Assembly: GCF_001194135.2 (NCBI RefSeq)
Contig: NC_069003.1
Location: 17,443,973 to 17,507,972, forward strand
Reading direction: 5' to 3'
Source of the DNA: Octopus bimaculoides
Taxonomy: Eukaryota
Length of the DNA stretch: 64,000 bases
Under the pieces are notes generated by a model. That model was not told where the DNA came from. It worked only from the letters and a program-made list of their open reading frames with translations, and made no database searches. This document shows positions 1 through 14,158 of the stretch, piece by piece. Each line of letters begins with the position of its first letter. The first letter of the stretch is position 1. The translations under genes and the position numbers were made by a program.

Positions 1-1495
1 CTATCTCTCTCCTGCACTTTTGCTATCTCTTAATCTCTCTCTCTCTTTCCCTTGCTCTTCCCTCTGGCTGGGTAACCATGTATTTCCTCTATAGCAGCAC
101 ACCTGTTTCTTCCTTCATCCTTGATCACTCTCTCTCACCACTTCTCTTACTCTTACTTCTGGCTAGGTAACCATGTATCTCCTATACAACAGCACACCTG
201 TTTCTGTCCTCTTTTTCTCACTCATTCTCTCTTGATGGGTAACCATGTACATCTTCCACAGCAAGACATCTCTTTATGTCTCTGTGTCTCTCAGTCACAC
301 TCTAACCTTCCATTATCTAACACAAAAATCACCTCCTCCAATGCCCCCACCCCTATCAAAGATTCCTTGTCTTGCAAGTTACTTGGTGACCCTACCAGTG
401 TTGGCGTCACTTAAAAAGCATCCAGTCCACACTGTAAAGTGGTTGGCATTTTAAAGGGCATACAGCTGTAAAAACCATGCCAAACTGACTTTGCATAAAA
501 AGCACTCAGCCCACTCTACAGGGTGGTTGGTGTTAGGACGGGGATCCAACCATAAAAACCATGCCAAAACATACACAGAAGTTTGATGCAGGCTTCTGCC
601 TGGCCAGCTCCTGTCAAACCATCCAACTCACACCAACATGGAAGGAGGATGTTAAGCGATGATGATATATATATCATCATCATCATCGTTTAACGTCCGC
701 TTTCCATTCTAGCATGAGTTGGACGATTTGGCTGAGGACTGGTGAACCAGATGGCTGCACCAGGCTCCAATCTGATCTGGCAGAGTTTCTACAGCTGGAT
801 GCCCTTCCTAACGCCAACCACTCTGTGAGTGTAGTGGGTGCTTTTACGTGTCACCGGCACAAGGGACAGTCAGGCGGTTCTGGCAACGGCCACGCTCAAA
901 ATGGTGTTTTTTACGTGTCACCTGCACAGGAGCCAGTCCAGTGGCACTGGCAATGACCTCACTCGAATGTTTTGTAACATGCCACCAGCACAAGTGCCAG
1001 TAAGGCGACGCTGGTAATGATCACGTTCAAATGGTGCTATTTACGTGCCACTGGCACAGAAGCCAGACAGCTGCTCTGGCAATGATCATGCTCGGACGGT
1101 GCTGTTAGTGCTCTACTGGCACAGGTGCCAGTCATCGAATATGGTTCGATTACGATTTCGATTTCACTTGCCCCAACAGGTCTTCGCAAGCAGAGTTTAG
1201 TGTCCAATATATATATATATATACACACACACATATACATACATACACAAATATACACATGTTTAGTGTTGGCTGTCAGAAGAAAGACCATATAGAAATT
1301 AATATTAACTTGCCTAATGACCCTATGAAGATACAGGTGAAACTCCAGGGTAAGCCAGAGGTTGTCTCCACTGAGGATATAACGACTTCCTTTGTACTAA
1401 TGGCCATAACCAGAGGGGCTACACACACAAACACACACCACACAGAGGATAATTTAAAAAGATGATATGCACGATTAATAATACCAGTTACCTAC

Positions 1496-1625
1496 CATCT
1501 CCTTGGAGATTACAATAGCATTTTTCTTCTCATTTGTCACAAGAATGTGGTTTGCTTTCATGAACATGTCAATATTACAGAGTGTGTCCACACTCAAAGG
1601 ACTCCACCGATGCATGACAATTCCA
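1496..1625 (-). CDS. MCM9: MCM9 coding exon 8 (CGIVMHRWSPLSVDTLCNIDMFMKANHILVTNEKKNAIVISKEM); gene continues left of the window
   Basis: tttcag acceptor and GTAGGT donor, 130 nt, phases 2/0. Matches MCM9 GIVMQRW...KANYIQVNN. The AAA+ exons are not in the window. Confidence 0.95.
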
Positions 1626-2921
1626 CTGAAATAATGAACCAATTAATTAAATTGAATGGAATTATATCAATGATAACAGACAATTCAAGAGAACACTTAC
1701 TTTGCACAATTACAAGCTTGGCTTCATATTTGCATGGGTCATATAGAATTAGTTGAAACAGATTTTCTACAGCTCGATGCCCTTCTTGTCATCCACCCTT
1801 ACCTGATTCCAAGCAAGATAACATTTCACCCTGACCAAATATGCTTCCATGGAAGATATTGGAAATGAAGAAGACTGCTTCTTTGATGGTGATACTTGTT
1901 TACAACTATTAAGCAATGTCAATATTACTAGTGTGCATTGAGGATGCATACCTAGTGGTTAGGATGTTGCACTCAATTATTGCAAGATTGTGGCTTCAAT
2001 TCCTGGACCAGATGGTGCATTGAGTTGTTGTTCTTAGGACAGCCAGCTGGCAGAATTGTTAGTGGCACTTCATCTGTCTTTACATTCTGAGTTTGAAGTC
2101 CACCAAGGTCAACTTTGCCTTTCATCCTTTCAGGGCTGATAAAATAAATACCATTTGAGCATTGAGGTCAATTCAATCAACTAACCCCCATTCTGAACAT
2201 ACTGGCCTTGTGCCAAAATTTGAAACCGAAATTACTAGTCTGCAAGGCAGTGAGCTAGCAGAATCGTTAGCATGCCTGGCAAAATGCATAGCAGCATTTT
2301 GTTAGTCTTTACCATTCTGATTTTAAGTTTCGCTGAGGTTGGCTTTGCCTTTCATCCATTCGGGGTCAATAAAATAAGTACCCATTGAGTACCAGGGTTC
2401 CGAAATTGTTGGCCTTGTACAAAAATTTGAAACCAATATTACAAATCTGCTGCTCTTCACTTCTTCCATTCTGCACTGGCGGTAATCTTCTCTCCTACCC
2501 TGCCACCCCAATTTCTATAGTTGTTGCTTATTCTTCCTTTGACTATTCTTCAACACTTGCTCATTATATTCACCCTCTCACCCACTTCTTATCCCTAACA
2601 ATATCTGACTCTCCCATACACTCTTGCAACCCCTACCCAACCTCCTATTTTTCTGTCCCCACTCTTGACCCCTCATCACCACTATTTTTCTCTCTTTCCA
2701 GTTTCACCCTGGTCACTTCCACTCTTTCTGAAATTTTCATACATAGTCATATAGCTGTTCCACAGCAAGAAACCTATTCTAGACTCTTTCCTCTCACTTA
2801 TTCCCTCATCTAGCATAAAGCTGCTTGAGCTACTATACATATTTAATGATACTGAAACACAAGGAAAACCCTGATGGTGATAGGAGGGAGTACAAGCACT
2901 GCAAGAAAGAAAAAGACCTAC

Positions 2922-3075
2922 CAAATAGTCACATCATCACCTGCTTTACAACTGTCAACCAAATCATTCTCCAAGACAACCCACATGGAACGAGGAATTG
3001 TACCTAGCAGGAGGTGCTGCACTTGTTCTTGAACCTTGATTTCTTGGTAGTCTTTGCATTTGAGAGGAACAGTTC
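2922..3075 (-). CDS. MCM9: MCM9 coding exon 7 ([51 protein letters not shown])
   Basis: ttgtag acceptor and GTAGGT donor, 154 nt, phases 1/2. Contains the MCM OB-fold motifs DYQEIK.QE, G.IPRS and DLVDSCK.GDD. Confidence 0.97.
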
Positions 3076-3789
3076 CTACAACAATAACAAGAGATATAGT
3101 ACTAAACTACAACATTGTCACCATCATCATTCAACAGCGTTTCCATGCTGATATGGGTTGAATGGTTTGACAGGAGCTGCTGAATCAGAAGACTGTGCCA
3201 AGCTCTACTGTCTGCTTGACTTGGTTTCTATAGATGGATGCCCTTCCTTATGCCAATCACTATACAGAGTGTACTGTGGTGTTTCACATTACACTAGCAA
3301 GGTCACTGAATAAGTTGCAAGACAAAACCCCTCAACTGAGGAGGGAGTTGTATTGAGGAGGGTGGCTTTGTGCCAGGTGATAAGAGTTTAAAGTATGATA
3401 GAGGGACAAAAACAAGTGTCTTGCTGCAGAGATATACGGCTACTACAGGTGTAAAAAGAAAGTGGAGAAAGAAGACGGTAATGAAGATGGTGTTGGGGTA
3501 TACCCTCAAGTTATAGGGAGGTGAATATAAGTGAAGTGGTAAAAAGGATGAGTGGGCAGGTAAGTTCACAAGAGAGTAAAAAGAGTGTGAGATAGAGGAA
3601 GGGAATGCAATGGGTAGGGGATATCAGAAAGATGAGTTGTGAAGGAATCAACATTGAACAGTTTAATAAACCTTAGTCCATCTCATAGGAGGAGGTGCAG
3701 ACATGTTTGTGTGCTCCAGAAGTTTGCTTCCCAACTACAGGGTTTTAAGTTCAGTCCTACTGCATGGCACAATGGGCAAGTGTCTTTGG

Positions 3790-4659
3790 ATCTTTGTGGT
3801 TTTCGTCACTGTTTACAATTATCTTCAAAAACAATTTTTTAATGTATCATGGATGTAATTTTTGTTATTCATTTATTCCAGAAAAATTTTGCAAAAATGT
3901 TACAGGTATTCAAAATTTGATGATTTTCAGAATTTTCAGCCAATCAGAAAACAGTGCATTCGCTGCCTCTTCCATCATCAGGGGGTGGGGGAGGCATTGG
4001 TATGTCAAAACATTGCTAGAAATAGCAGTCAAAACATTAAAATATATGCAAATGAAGTTAACATTAAAACATTTGCAAGCAAATTAAATATTTAAAAACT
4101 TTCACACTTACAAACATTCACATACTTCCCTTATACACACATATACTCAGAGTTGAAACGCTGTTTGATTTTTCTTTTCAGCATTGAATGTTCACCATCC
4201 TACTTCCATTGCACACACACACACACACATTCACATACATACCTCTTTTACATATACACACATATACTTACACAGAGTTCAAACACTCCCACTACCAGTT
4301 TGACATCACCCCTTCCTTCCTTATTCATCTATCACCCCTTCCTTTCTCATTCATATGTTGTGTTAGAGAAAAACATGAGTATTATTATGGTAGAAGATTA
4401 TCTTTCTCATATCTCCTTCTCCTCCTTGTGCGCATGCACAGCATCTTTGGTTACTATGGAAACAGACATTTTCGCCACGGTGATGTGTAAAAAATTTGCT
4501 TCTGATTGGTTAAAATACCCAAATTTTGCAAATATTAAAGGCTAGTAACTTTTTAATTATGGAGTTATAGGAAAAATGAATTATACAAAACTTAATCCAT
4601 ATACAGAATTTAAAAACAATTGGAACAAAATTGTAAACAGTGACAAAAACCACAAAGAT
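3790..4659. mobile_element. Foldback/MITE-like element with long degenerate inverted arms
   Basis: TCTTTGTGGTTTTCGTCACTGTTTACAATT at 3791 recurs inverted, ending near 4658. Weaker similarity extends about 150 bp inward. Confidence 0.65.
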
Positions 4660-5214
4660 TCGTATCTTCTACTATAACTCTTGTGAATGGATTTGATAGA
4701 CAGAGACTGAAGGAAGCTTGACTATCTTTCTATCTATTTGGTTGCTTTTCTTTCTACCAAATGAGAAGTTACATTGGGGAGCAGTTATTTTAACAAGTTG
4801 TGCTTATTCATCATTGATGAGATACATCTGCACTGATAGATGCTCCTGAACCAGTTGTTGAGTGTCCCACCTGTGAGAGATCGATGCTAGATGTGTCAAA
4901 ATAATTGTCGTGATGAATAATAAATTCTCATATATTCAATCTTCCGTCTTTCATTTACCATATATATATATATATATATAAAATCATAATCATCATTTAG
5001 CATCTGTTGTCCATGTTAGCATGGGTTGGACAGTTTGACCAGGCAGGTAAGCTGAGGAGCTGCACAAAACTCTGGTCTGATTTGGTATGGTTTTTACAGC
5101 TGGATGCTCTTTCTAATACCAACCACTATGACAGTGTAATGGGTGCTTTTATGTGCCACCAGCACAGATGTCAGTTTGCATGACGCAAATATCTGCTATT
5201 TCACTTGGCTTGAT

Positions 5215-7250
5215 GGGTCTCCTTCTCAAGCGCAGCATATTGCCAAAGGTTTTAGTCATTTGTTATTGCCTCAGTGCTGAGTTTCCCTCTTCCACAGCTT
5301 CCTTCCTCTGGTAGAATCAGTACTACTTCACACAACTGTCCACATCCATACGCATCACATGACCATACCAATGCAGTTGTCTCCCTAGTACACATCTGAT
5401 GCTTCTTATGCCCAGCTTTTCTCTCAAAGATGTTTACACTTTGCCGTACATGCACACTGACATTACACATCCAGTGAAGCATACTAGCTTCATTTCTTTC
5501 AAGCCTAAGCATGTCCTTGGCAGTCACAGCCCATGTTTCACTGCTGTGTAGCATGGCTGTTCGCACACAGGCATCATACAATCTGCCTTTCATTCTGAGG
5601 GAGAGGCCCCTTTGTTACCAACAGAGGTAGGAGCCCTCTGAACTTTGCCGAACCTATTCTTATTCTAGCAGCTATACTCTTGGACAATCCACTCCAATGA
5701 CTGACTTCACCACCTAGATAACAGAGGCTATCAACTACTTCTAGCTTTCCCCTTTGTCATTTGATGGAATCTATTTTCTGCACATCTTTAGTGTTAATTG
5801 TACCTGTGCTGCTACCACACACAAAAACTATTTTCCCTGTTAACCTTCCTCTGATATTTCTGCACCTCTTATGTGTCCATAGGTTACACCAGGTACATAT
5901 TATGAAATTTCTAACACCTTCCTACTGATCAAGCAGGGCCATCTACCTGATGGGATTTGTGATTTGTCTGCTTTCCTACTTACTAAGGCTTTGGTTTTTG
6001 CTAGGTTAACTCTAAGGCCCTTCAATTCTAGACATTGCTTCCACACCTGAAACTTCTAATTCTGGAAGTGATTCATCTATAAGAAGCTCATCAACATAGA
6101 GGAGCTCCCAGAGGGAGCCTGTCTTCAATTCCTGTGTTATTGCCTGGAGGACTATGATGAACAAGGAGCTGAAAATTGATCCTTGGTAAACCCCTACTTG
6201 TCACCTGAATTCTTTGCTATACTCATTGCCTACCCTCACCTTACTAACAGCATTCCTGTACATGGCTTGTACAGCTCCCACCAACCACTAGTCTATCCCT
6301 AGTTCCCACATTGACCACCAGAAAAGGGAGCGGAGGACCCTGTCAAAGGCATTTTCCATGTCAACAAAAGCCAAGTACAGAGGTTTATCTTTGGCTGTGT
6401 ATTTCTCCTGCAGCTGCACAACCAGAAATATAGCACCAGTGGTGCTTCTGCCTGGCACAAAACCAAACTGCACCTCGTCTAGACTAACTCTCTCCCTAAT
6501 TAGTTGGGCTATGGCCCTCTACATGACTTTCATCACCTGATCCAACAACTTGATACCTTTGTAATTATTTCTATCTAAGGCATCACCTTTAACTTTGTAG
6601 CAGATGACTATGATGCTGTTACACTACTCATTGGGTATGAGTCCTTCATGTACCACCTGGTTAACTATACGGGTGATTAGCCCATAACCTACACCGCTAC
6701 ATATTTTAAGCATCTCAGCAGAAATATCTGATGGGCCAGGAGCTTTCCCTGTCTTCATACTCTTAATTGCTTTATCTACCAAGGTACTATCAATTCAGAC
6801 AGCTGGTGCCTCAATTGAGTCAACATTTGACAGACTCTCCTTCTCCCATTCATTTTTCTTCATTTAGCAGCCTTTCATAATGGCATTTCCAAGCCACCTT
6901 CTTTGCAGAATCATTAAATGCACATGAACCATCATCCATATGGACACATTTCTCTCCTATGACATCATAAAATTTCTCTCACACATTGTCTTGCAATCCA
7001 AAACACTTCAAGTCTCTGGTCCTCACATTGGCAAAATTCTTTTCTGTCACTTACCTGGCTAAATATACTTGCCTCCTAGCTTCCCTTCTGGCTATCTAAT
7101 ACAATTCCCTGCTCCAAGCCTGTTTCTTTGCCCTAATGGTCTTGTCTACAGCATCATTCCACCACCATGTCACCCTTAGTCTAGATAGGACTTTGCACCA
7201 TCGGCAGATTTGGTCTGTGGCACTCAGCAAGCTGTCCTGAAGAAATTTCT
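5215..7250 (-). mobile_element. Degenerate RTE-clade LINE (reverse transcriptase region)
   Basis: Peptides MQFGFVPGRSTTGAIF, YLAFVDMENAFDRV and LHSSETW, with stops and frameshifts. Confidence 0.9.
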
Positions 7251-8241
7251 AGTTGATGATGATGATGATGACAAGATACATATATATCATCATCATCATT
7301 ATCATTTTAATGTATACTATTCCATACTTGCATGGGTTGGACAAGAGTTCACTGGGGCAGATTTTCTACACTAAGATGCCCTTCCTGTCACCAATTCTTG
7401 TTTCCTGTGCGCTCCCACCAATCCTGTTTCCAAGCAAGGTAATATTTCACTAAGACCAGACATGTTCACAGAATATTGGAAATGAATGACTGCTTGTATG
7501 ACAGGGACAATCATTTACAACTATCACTCAATGTTATTACAAGGAGAGACAAATACGCAACTGGCACCCATTTTAGTGGCACATAAACGCACCCATTACA
7601 CTCTTGAAGTGGTTGGCATTAGGAAGGGCATCTAGTTGTAGAAACCATGCCAAATCAGACTGGAGTCTGGTGCAGCCCCTCAGCTTACCAGCCCTGGTCA
7701 AACTGTCCAACCCATGCCATCATGGACAATGGACATTAAATGATGATGAAGATATATATGATGGATGTCTTTCAATTTCTGCTGACCAAATCCACTCACT
7801 TGAGCTCCAATGTCTGCTTTGACATGGTTTTTGTGATTAGACACCCACCCTAATGCCAAATACTTTATAGTATGTACTGGGTGCTTTTTTCATGGCACCA
7901 GTACTAGTTAGGCCACTACGGAGCCTGCACAACTAAGATCCCCTGCAACTTTGTGGGGTTACAGTACAGAGGGAGGCAGCTCTAGTAGATGAGATGAGAT
8001 GTAAAAGTATGAGAGAAGGTGCCTAGAAAAGAACAATGAAAATGAGTTAGGGAAGTAACTCAGAGTGGCCAGTGTTGCAGAATATAAAAAATAAATACAG
8101 AAGTAAGTATATCAAATGATCAGGATGTATCTATAATGATGACACAATGTTATTTAGGAGGAGTACAAAGTTCAAATAAGTATATCAAATACCAAATCAT
8201 CACTAGTTCTTAAAACACAGAAATACAAATTAAGGACTTAC

Positions 8242-8332
8242 CTTTGTCACTCAAAGAGACCAATTTCATTGAGTGGCAGGAGTCATTCTGACATTTCAGA
8301 GCTTTAAAATTATAATAATGTTCAATATTTGC
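8242..8332 (-). CDS. MCM9: MCM9 coding exon 6 (ANIEHYYNFKALKCQNDSCHSMKLVSLSDK)
   Basis: ttgtag acceptor and GTAAGT donor, 91 nt, phases 0/1. Contains the second Cys pair of the zinc finger. Confidence 0.92.
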
Positions 8333-8952
8333 CTACAACATGAAGGATGAGATGATCAAAATATGCCTACATTGATAGCATAGTGTTATTTAGAAGTCCA
8401 AATGAAACCCTTCCACTAAGATCTCAGGACACTTCTTTACTAAACAGTCATCATACATATGCATTAAACATCTGCATCAATAGTAATTTTTCTCTCTCTC
8501 TCTTATATCCTGTTCTCTCAGATCGTTTATACTCTGTCACTTATACACACTAACATTATACATCCAGTAGAACATGCTTGCTTCATTTCTCTCCCACCTT
8601 GCACATCCTCTGCATTCAATGCCTATATTTCACTACCATACATGACACAAGCGTCATACAATTATTGTCACATAAAAAACTTTATTCACTGTCAGCCTGC
8701 CTGTGATTCCAGCACAGTTCTTGTGCACCTAGAGTTCACATAGAGTACACCACATACAGTTACTATTTACTCCATATCAAACTAATGACAATGATATCAC
8801 CTCAAGGAAACAACAATATAACATATTAAAAGTGATACAGGAAGAGCAGGATGTACTCACTGACTTGAGGGAAGGAGATAGGGACAGTAGTAGAAGATAG
8901 GGCTCACTGTCCTAGCAAAGAAGAGGAGAGGAGGATGAAAATATGTACTGAC

Positions 8953-9041
8953 CTGGTAAGTGAAGATCTGTTTACAACTGGTACACATGAATTCTCGCTC
9001 AAATTCTAAAACTTTTATAGCAGAAGTCTGGATAACCGTAA
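8953..9041 (-). CDS. MCM9: MCM9 coding exon 5 (VTVIQTSAIKVLEFEREFMCTSCKQIFTYQ)
   Basis: Long pyrimidine tract with an AAG acceptor and GTCAGT donor, 89 nt, phases 1/0. Contains KVLEFER and the first CxxC of the MCM zinc finger. Confidence 0.95.
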
Positions 9042-10413
9042 CTTAGAAAGAAAGAGAGAATACAGAGAGAATGATATAAACAGAAGGACACATCATGGAC
9101 ATGCTTACAAAATCAAAAAACGACACAGCAACCATGACTTTCAGAAATATTTTTTCATGCTCAGAATTACTGAAGCTTGGAATACATTACCTGCATCACC
9201 GTTAGCTGTCAGAACATTATAGCTTTCAAAATCCTGAAATTCGCCAACAGTTCATCTGATGTCCCCATCTTTTTTCTTTTAAGACTTATTCACTGTTCAC
9301 TTCCTGTGCAGAGGTGAAGAGGTAGCAGATGAAGAGGGATGAAGTGGTGAGGACTAATCTTAGGATGTTAGGGCTCATGGAGGAAATGACAATGGACGAG
9401 ATGTCTGGAGTTATGGGGTTCCAGAAAAGACCCGTTCATGTCAGCGTAACTGAGTGCTAGAAGTGTTGTGTCCCACTCACACAAAATTAAATTAAATACC
9501 TTACCCTTAGAATCCAAACTACATCTCTCCCAAAATGTATCTTGTCTCTTCCTCACATTTCCTCTTCATACAATATAGTTTTCTCCCACTCCCCATCTTT
9601 GACCTGCTCACTGTATCCCTGCTTTCTCCATCCCCTCTTTATACCCAGGTCCTCACCAGTCACTGCAATCCCCATGCCCACTCCCTACTTGCACCTCTTG
9701 GCAATACCTGGCAACATATATGTTCCACTACCTTGAAGGTATGCCCTGGCAATTGCCACAATTTATCTCTCTCTTCCTTACTCTACCATCCTATCTATGC
9801 TCTGAACCCTGTTCTTTCTGAGTATCCCTGGCACTTCACCATCATCTCTCTCTTGCACTTTTGCTGTGCCCCACTCTCTCTCTCTCCTTTGCTCTTCACT
9901 GGGTAACCATGTATCAGATCTGCAGCAGCACACCTGTTTCTGCCACTCTCTCCCTCTCTCTCTTTTTCTCTTTTTCTATACCTCGTGTATAGTAAGACAG
10001 TTCCTGTTTCTCTATCACACTCTAATCTTTCATCAACTGACACAAGATCACCTCCTCTAATGTCCCCTCCCCTCTCAGAATTCCTTGTCCTCCTAGTTAC
10101 TTAGTGATCTGGCTGGAACTAGTGCCAATAAAAGAGCATCCAGTCCACACTGTGAAGTGGCTACCATTTGGGAGGGCATCCAGCTGTACAAACCATGCCA
10201 AAACTGACTTTGCCTGAGCTACTGCCATGTAAAAAGCACTCACTCCACTCTACGATGCAGTTGGTGTTAGGAAAGGCATCCAGCTGTAAAAACCATGCCA
10301 AAACAGGCACTGTAGCCAGGTATGGTCTTCTATCTGGCACGCTCCTGTCAAACCCTCCAACCCATGCCAGCATGAAACACAGACGTTAAATGATGATGAT
10401 GATTATATATATA

Positions 10414-10608
10414 CTGGGTTGGTGCATAATTATTGCGGCTTTTTCAACAAATTTTATTCAACAAAAACAATATTTAACAAAAACATCTTTAAATGACGGT
10501 CTGACCGTCTAACAAGCAAATAGGAAGCAATAATTGAAGTAGATGGTGAATATGCTCTGGAATAATCATTTAAAGATGTTTTTGTTGAAAAACAGCTGCA
10601 ATAATTAT
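10414..10608 (+). mobile_element. Internally deleted mariner-like element
   Basis: TA followed by a GGTTGGTGCATAATTATTGCGG end. The inverted copy (gctgcaataattatgcac) is truncated against the LINE. The interior encodes a mariner C-terminus remnant (EAIIEVDGEY). Confidence 0.6.
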
Positions 10609-10609
10609 G

Positions 10610-13210
10610 CACTCATGTCAATACCCATGCCCCTTACTGATTTAGGCTCTGGGATTGTAATTCCCTGTGAACCAGTGTACCCTGTAAGTTTCATATTCAG
10701 TTTTGGACACTGGTAGCACAGGGTTTGGAATTTTTCAGCATTAAACTGCATATTATTATCCTCAGCCCATCTGTAAATTGAGTCCAACTCCTGCTGCAGA
10801 TGTGCAACATCACTGGGGATCTGTATTTTCTGTGAGACTTTCGTATCGTCTGTGTAGCTAGCAAGTGTGCCTATCTGAGAGGGCCACTATGAAAAGCAGT
10901 GGTCCCAAGACAGTGCCCTGTGGAACACCACTCACTATTTGTGTTTTTCTTTGAGGTGGCTCCATTGGCCACTACTGCCTGACTTCTATCTTTCAGAAAG
11001 TCATGTAACCACTCTCCAAGTTTTCCAGCTATGCCGAGATCACGCAGTTTGTGGCATATCATACCATGATCCACTTTGTCAAAAGCTTTTGCAAAATCAA
11101 GGTATATTACGTCCCCATTTAAGTTGAGTAAATGCCTCAACACCCAGTCATAATGTTGTAAGAGCTGAGTCAGGCAGCTCCTACCTGGTCGGAAGCCATG
11201 CTGGGTATCACTCAGCGAGTTATTTTCTTCAAGGAATGCGATTAGTTTTCCTTTGACTATCCATTCCATGACTTTGCTGATGTGTGAAGTCAGGAGATAG
11301 GCCTATAGGTTTTGGCATCTGCTCTGCTTTCCCCTTTATGGAGTGGGCATATTATTCCCTCCTTCAGCTTGCTTGGCAGTCTGCCATTTGCAAGAAAGCT
11401 CTGGAAGAGAATCTGGAGGGGTTTTGCCAGGGCACGCTTACACGATTTGAGGAGGGTTGCTGAGAAACCATCAGGACCAGGAGTTGAGTTTGTGTCCACC
11501 TCATCTATAGCTAGTTGTATATCTTCTTTGCTAAATTTGATGAATTCCATTGTAATTGCCTCACTGGTTATAGGTGAGGCGGCAAAGAAGTTCACTGGTT
11601 CGTTCACTTGTCTGTATTCTAACGGGGTGGTAAAGATACTTTTGAACTGGTCGTTCAGTACCTTACTGATTCTGGTTGGACTCTTCCTTATGGAAGAGGG
11701 GGTCCTATTTTGTAGCGTACTGAGGTTGTTTCTTTCGTGTAATGAAAGAAGGCCTTTGGGTTTGACTTAATGTTTTTTATAACCCAGGCTTCTTTGCCTG
11801 CTCTCTCCCTCACATAGGATTGTTGCAGCCTTTTTTCAATCTCCATCACTGTTGTTTTTAGGCAGGACCTTTCGCTACTTTTGGGATGTTGGTTGAGTTG
11901 ATTTGCAACCTTCATCCATCATCTCATGAGGATCTTCCTCTCCCATGGAATCTTGTTCCTATTTGTTTTGGCCTTGTACTCTGGGACATATTTCTAGCAT
12001 ATGGCTTGTACAACAGACATGAAACATTCTAGTTTCATGCCAATGTCTGGTGTGGAGAGACATTTCGGCCAGTCCTGTCTGAGGATCTCTTTTTGGATCG
12101 ATTTCCAGTCTGCTTTGTGGAAGTTCAGATTGGAATAATTTCGGGTGTTTCCTTTAGGTTGTATGTCTCTGGTTACTTTCGGCCCAAACATAGCTCTATT
12201 ATGTTGTGATCCGAAACTAATGTCGGCGTCACTTTCACATCATGAATGATGTCGATATTGTTCGTGAAGCAGAGATTCAAAATGTTATTTGCCCTAGTTG
12301 GTCTGAGTACAGCTTATTCCATGAATAGGGCATTGGTGAGGTTGAGCAGGGACTCCACCTGTGCTTGCTTTCAATGAGTTATTCCTGAAAGCATGAGACC
12401 TTCAGGCCATTTGACGTTGGGGAAGTTGAAATCACCCATAAGAAATATGATCACGTGGTGTTCCAGTTTCATGAGGATTTCTTTAATTCTTGTGAGGCAA
12501 TCTTCAAACTAGCCTATGTGGTTTGGAGCATCTGGTGGGCAAAATGTATTGCATATGACTATATTGTGTTGTCTTATGTATACAATTAAAATGTCACATA
12601 CTGAATTTGACAGTAAAACCTGGGGTGTGAGGTCATCACAGATATATACAGCAACTCCACCATGGCTCCTTTCCCTTCTGTCTGTTCACAGTATGGCATA
12701 TTTTAGTTAGTGTACTTCTGCATCCTCTATATCAGGGCTGAGGTGAGTTTCCATGAGTGCTATGCATAAGGCTTGATTGCATGCAGCAAAGTCTCTCAGG
12801 AAAGAAATTTTGCTTTTATTATGATGCAACAGGCCCCCAATATTTGGTAAAAATATTGGCATGACAACTGTGCAAGCGTTAGGGGAGGCCATCCTGTGTC
12901 TGTTGACTGTAGTGGTCTTGCGCAGTGGTGGGCAAGGTACCTTGTTTGCACTCGGTGTAGTCAGGTCAGCTGCTGCACAATCTTTTGCGCCATGTACAAA
13001 AAAGACTCTTGCTCAGCTGCTGTTGCCTTACACATAACCTCTGAAGAGCACACTTCTTTTGTAAATTTTTTCCTTGGAGACGTTTGTTGTCTTTCCTGTA
13101 GTTTTGGCAGGGCGTCGGGTGGGCAAACCGGCAGTTTTTGCTGTCTTACCCATGCCAACATTTGCCTTGCAGGTAAAATCTGCAGGTCCTTGAGTGCCTT
13201 TCAATATATA
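10610..13210 (-). mobile_element. CR1/L2-group LINE fragment with endonuclease and RT
   Basis: Endonuclease motifs CIALMETHL and NFHKADW, and RT motifs QHGFRPGRSCLTQL, YLDFAKAFDKVDH and YTDDT, broken by stops. Confidence 0.9.
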
Positions 13211-14046
13211 TAAAGTGGGGGGAAATAAATATTCGTACATGTCAAAATTCTTTATTTATTTAATTTCTAATGAACATAAATGGGATATACCAATACTATA
13301 TTTGCATACACATGCATAAACTAAGAATATGCAAAAGAAACTAATAAATTATAGTAACTAATGAATTTATATACAATTACAAATATTTAGGGGTGAAAAA
13401 AGTATTCATACAGAATAAATTTATGATTTTCTGTGCCACAAAATACTGTTAAAATAATTTTTTTCTACTAGAACTTTCTCATTTGTTCCAAAGATACCTT
13501 CCCCTGTCCCACTACCTTAGTTTCCTATCCCTCAATTCTGTACCCCACTCAGTTGGGGGGACTTGTCTTGTAGGTAACTGGTGAGCTCACCAGTGCTGGA
13601 GCCATGTTAAAAGTAGACACTGTGAAGTGGTTGGTGATAGAAAGGGCATCCAGCTTTAGAAACCATGCCAAAGCAGACAGAACTTGGTGTAACCCTCTGA
13701 ATTGTCTACTTATGTTGAACCATCCAACCCATGCCAGTATGAAAAAAATAAACATTAAATATAATGATGATGATATCTAACTCAAATATTCTACTGTTTT
13801 ATGTTCAAACTGGCCAGATCCAGCCTCTCACATCTAGCCTACAATGTCTTTCTAAAAATTAGTCACATCATTGAAATCTAGAAGCAATGAAAATATATGA
13901 TTGTTAGTAAATAAGCAATCTGAATGCTAAAGGGTTACGAAAGAAACTAGCAACCCTAATTGTGGTGGTCACCACCTCAAGTGAATGTGTAATATACCCT
14001 GACTATCTATGATAATCGCATCTTGGTTTATTTAAGGAATACTGAC

Positions 14047-14158
14047 CTGTTACAGACAGAAAGGTTCCAACATCAGCATTTCTGGGAAGACATGTTCTGG
14101 TCAGCTCTGGACAGACAGGAAGTCTTGCAAGACGAGCATGGATGTTTTTCTTCACAGC
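14047..14158 (-). CDS. MCM9: MCM9 coding exon 4 ([37 protein letters not shown])
   Basis: acag acceptor and GTCAGT donor, 112 nt, phases 0/1. Carries the MCM9-diagnostic [18 protein letters not shown]. Confidence 0.96.

Noticed and set aside
1260-1420. Unique-looking stretch after MCM9 exon 8 as a possible exon 9
   Set aside because: No frame resembles the expected next MCM9 segment, and the phase 0 reading stops after 31 codons.
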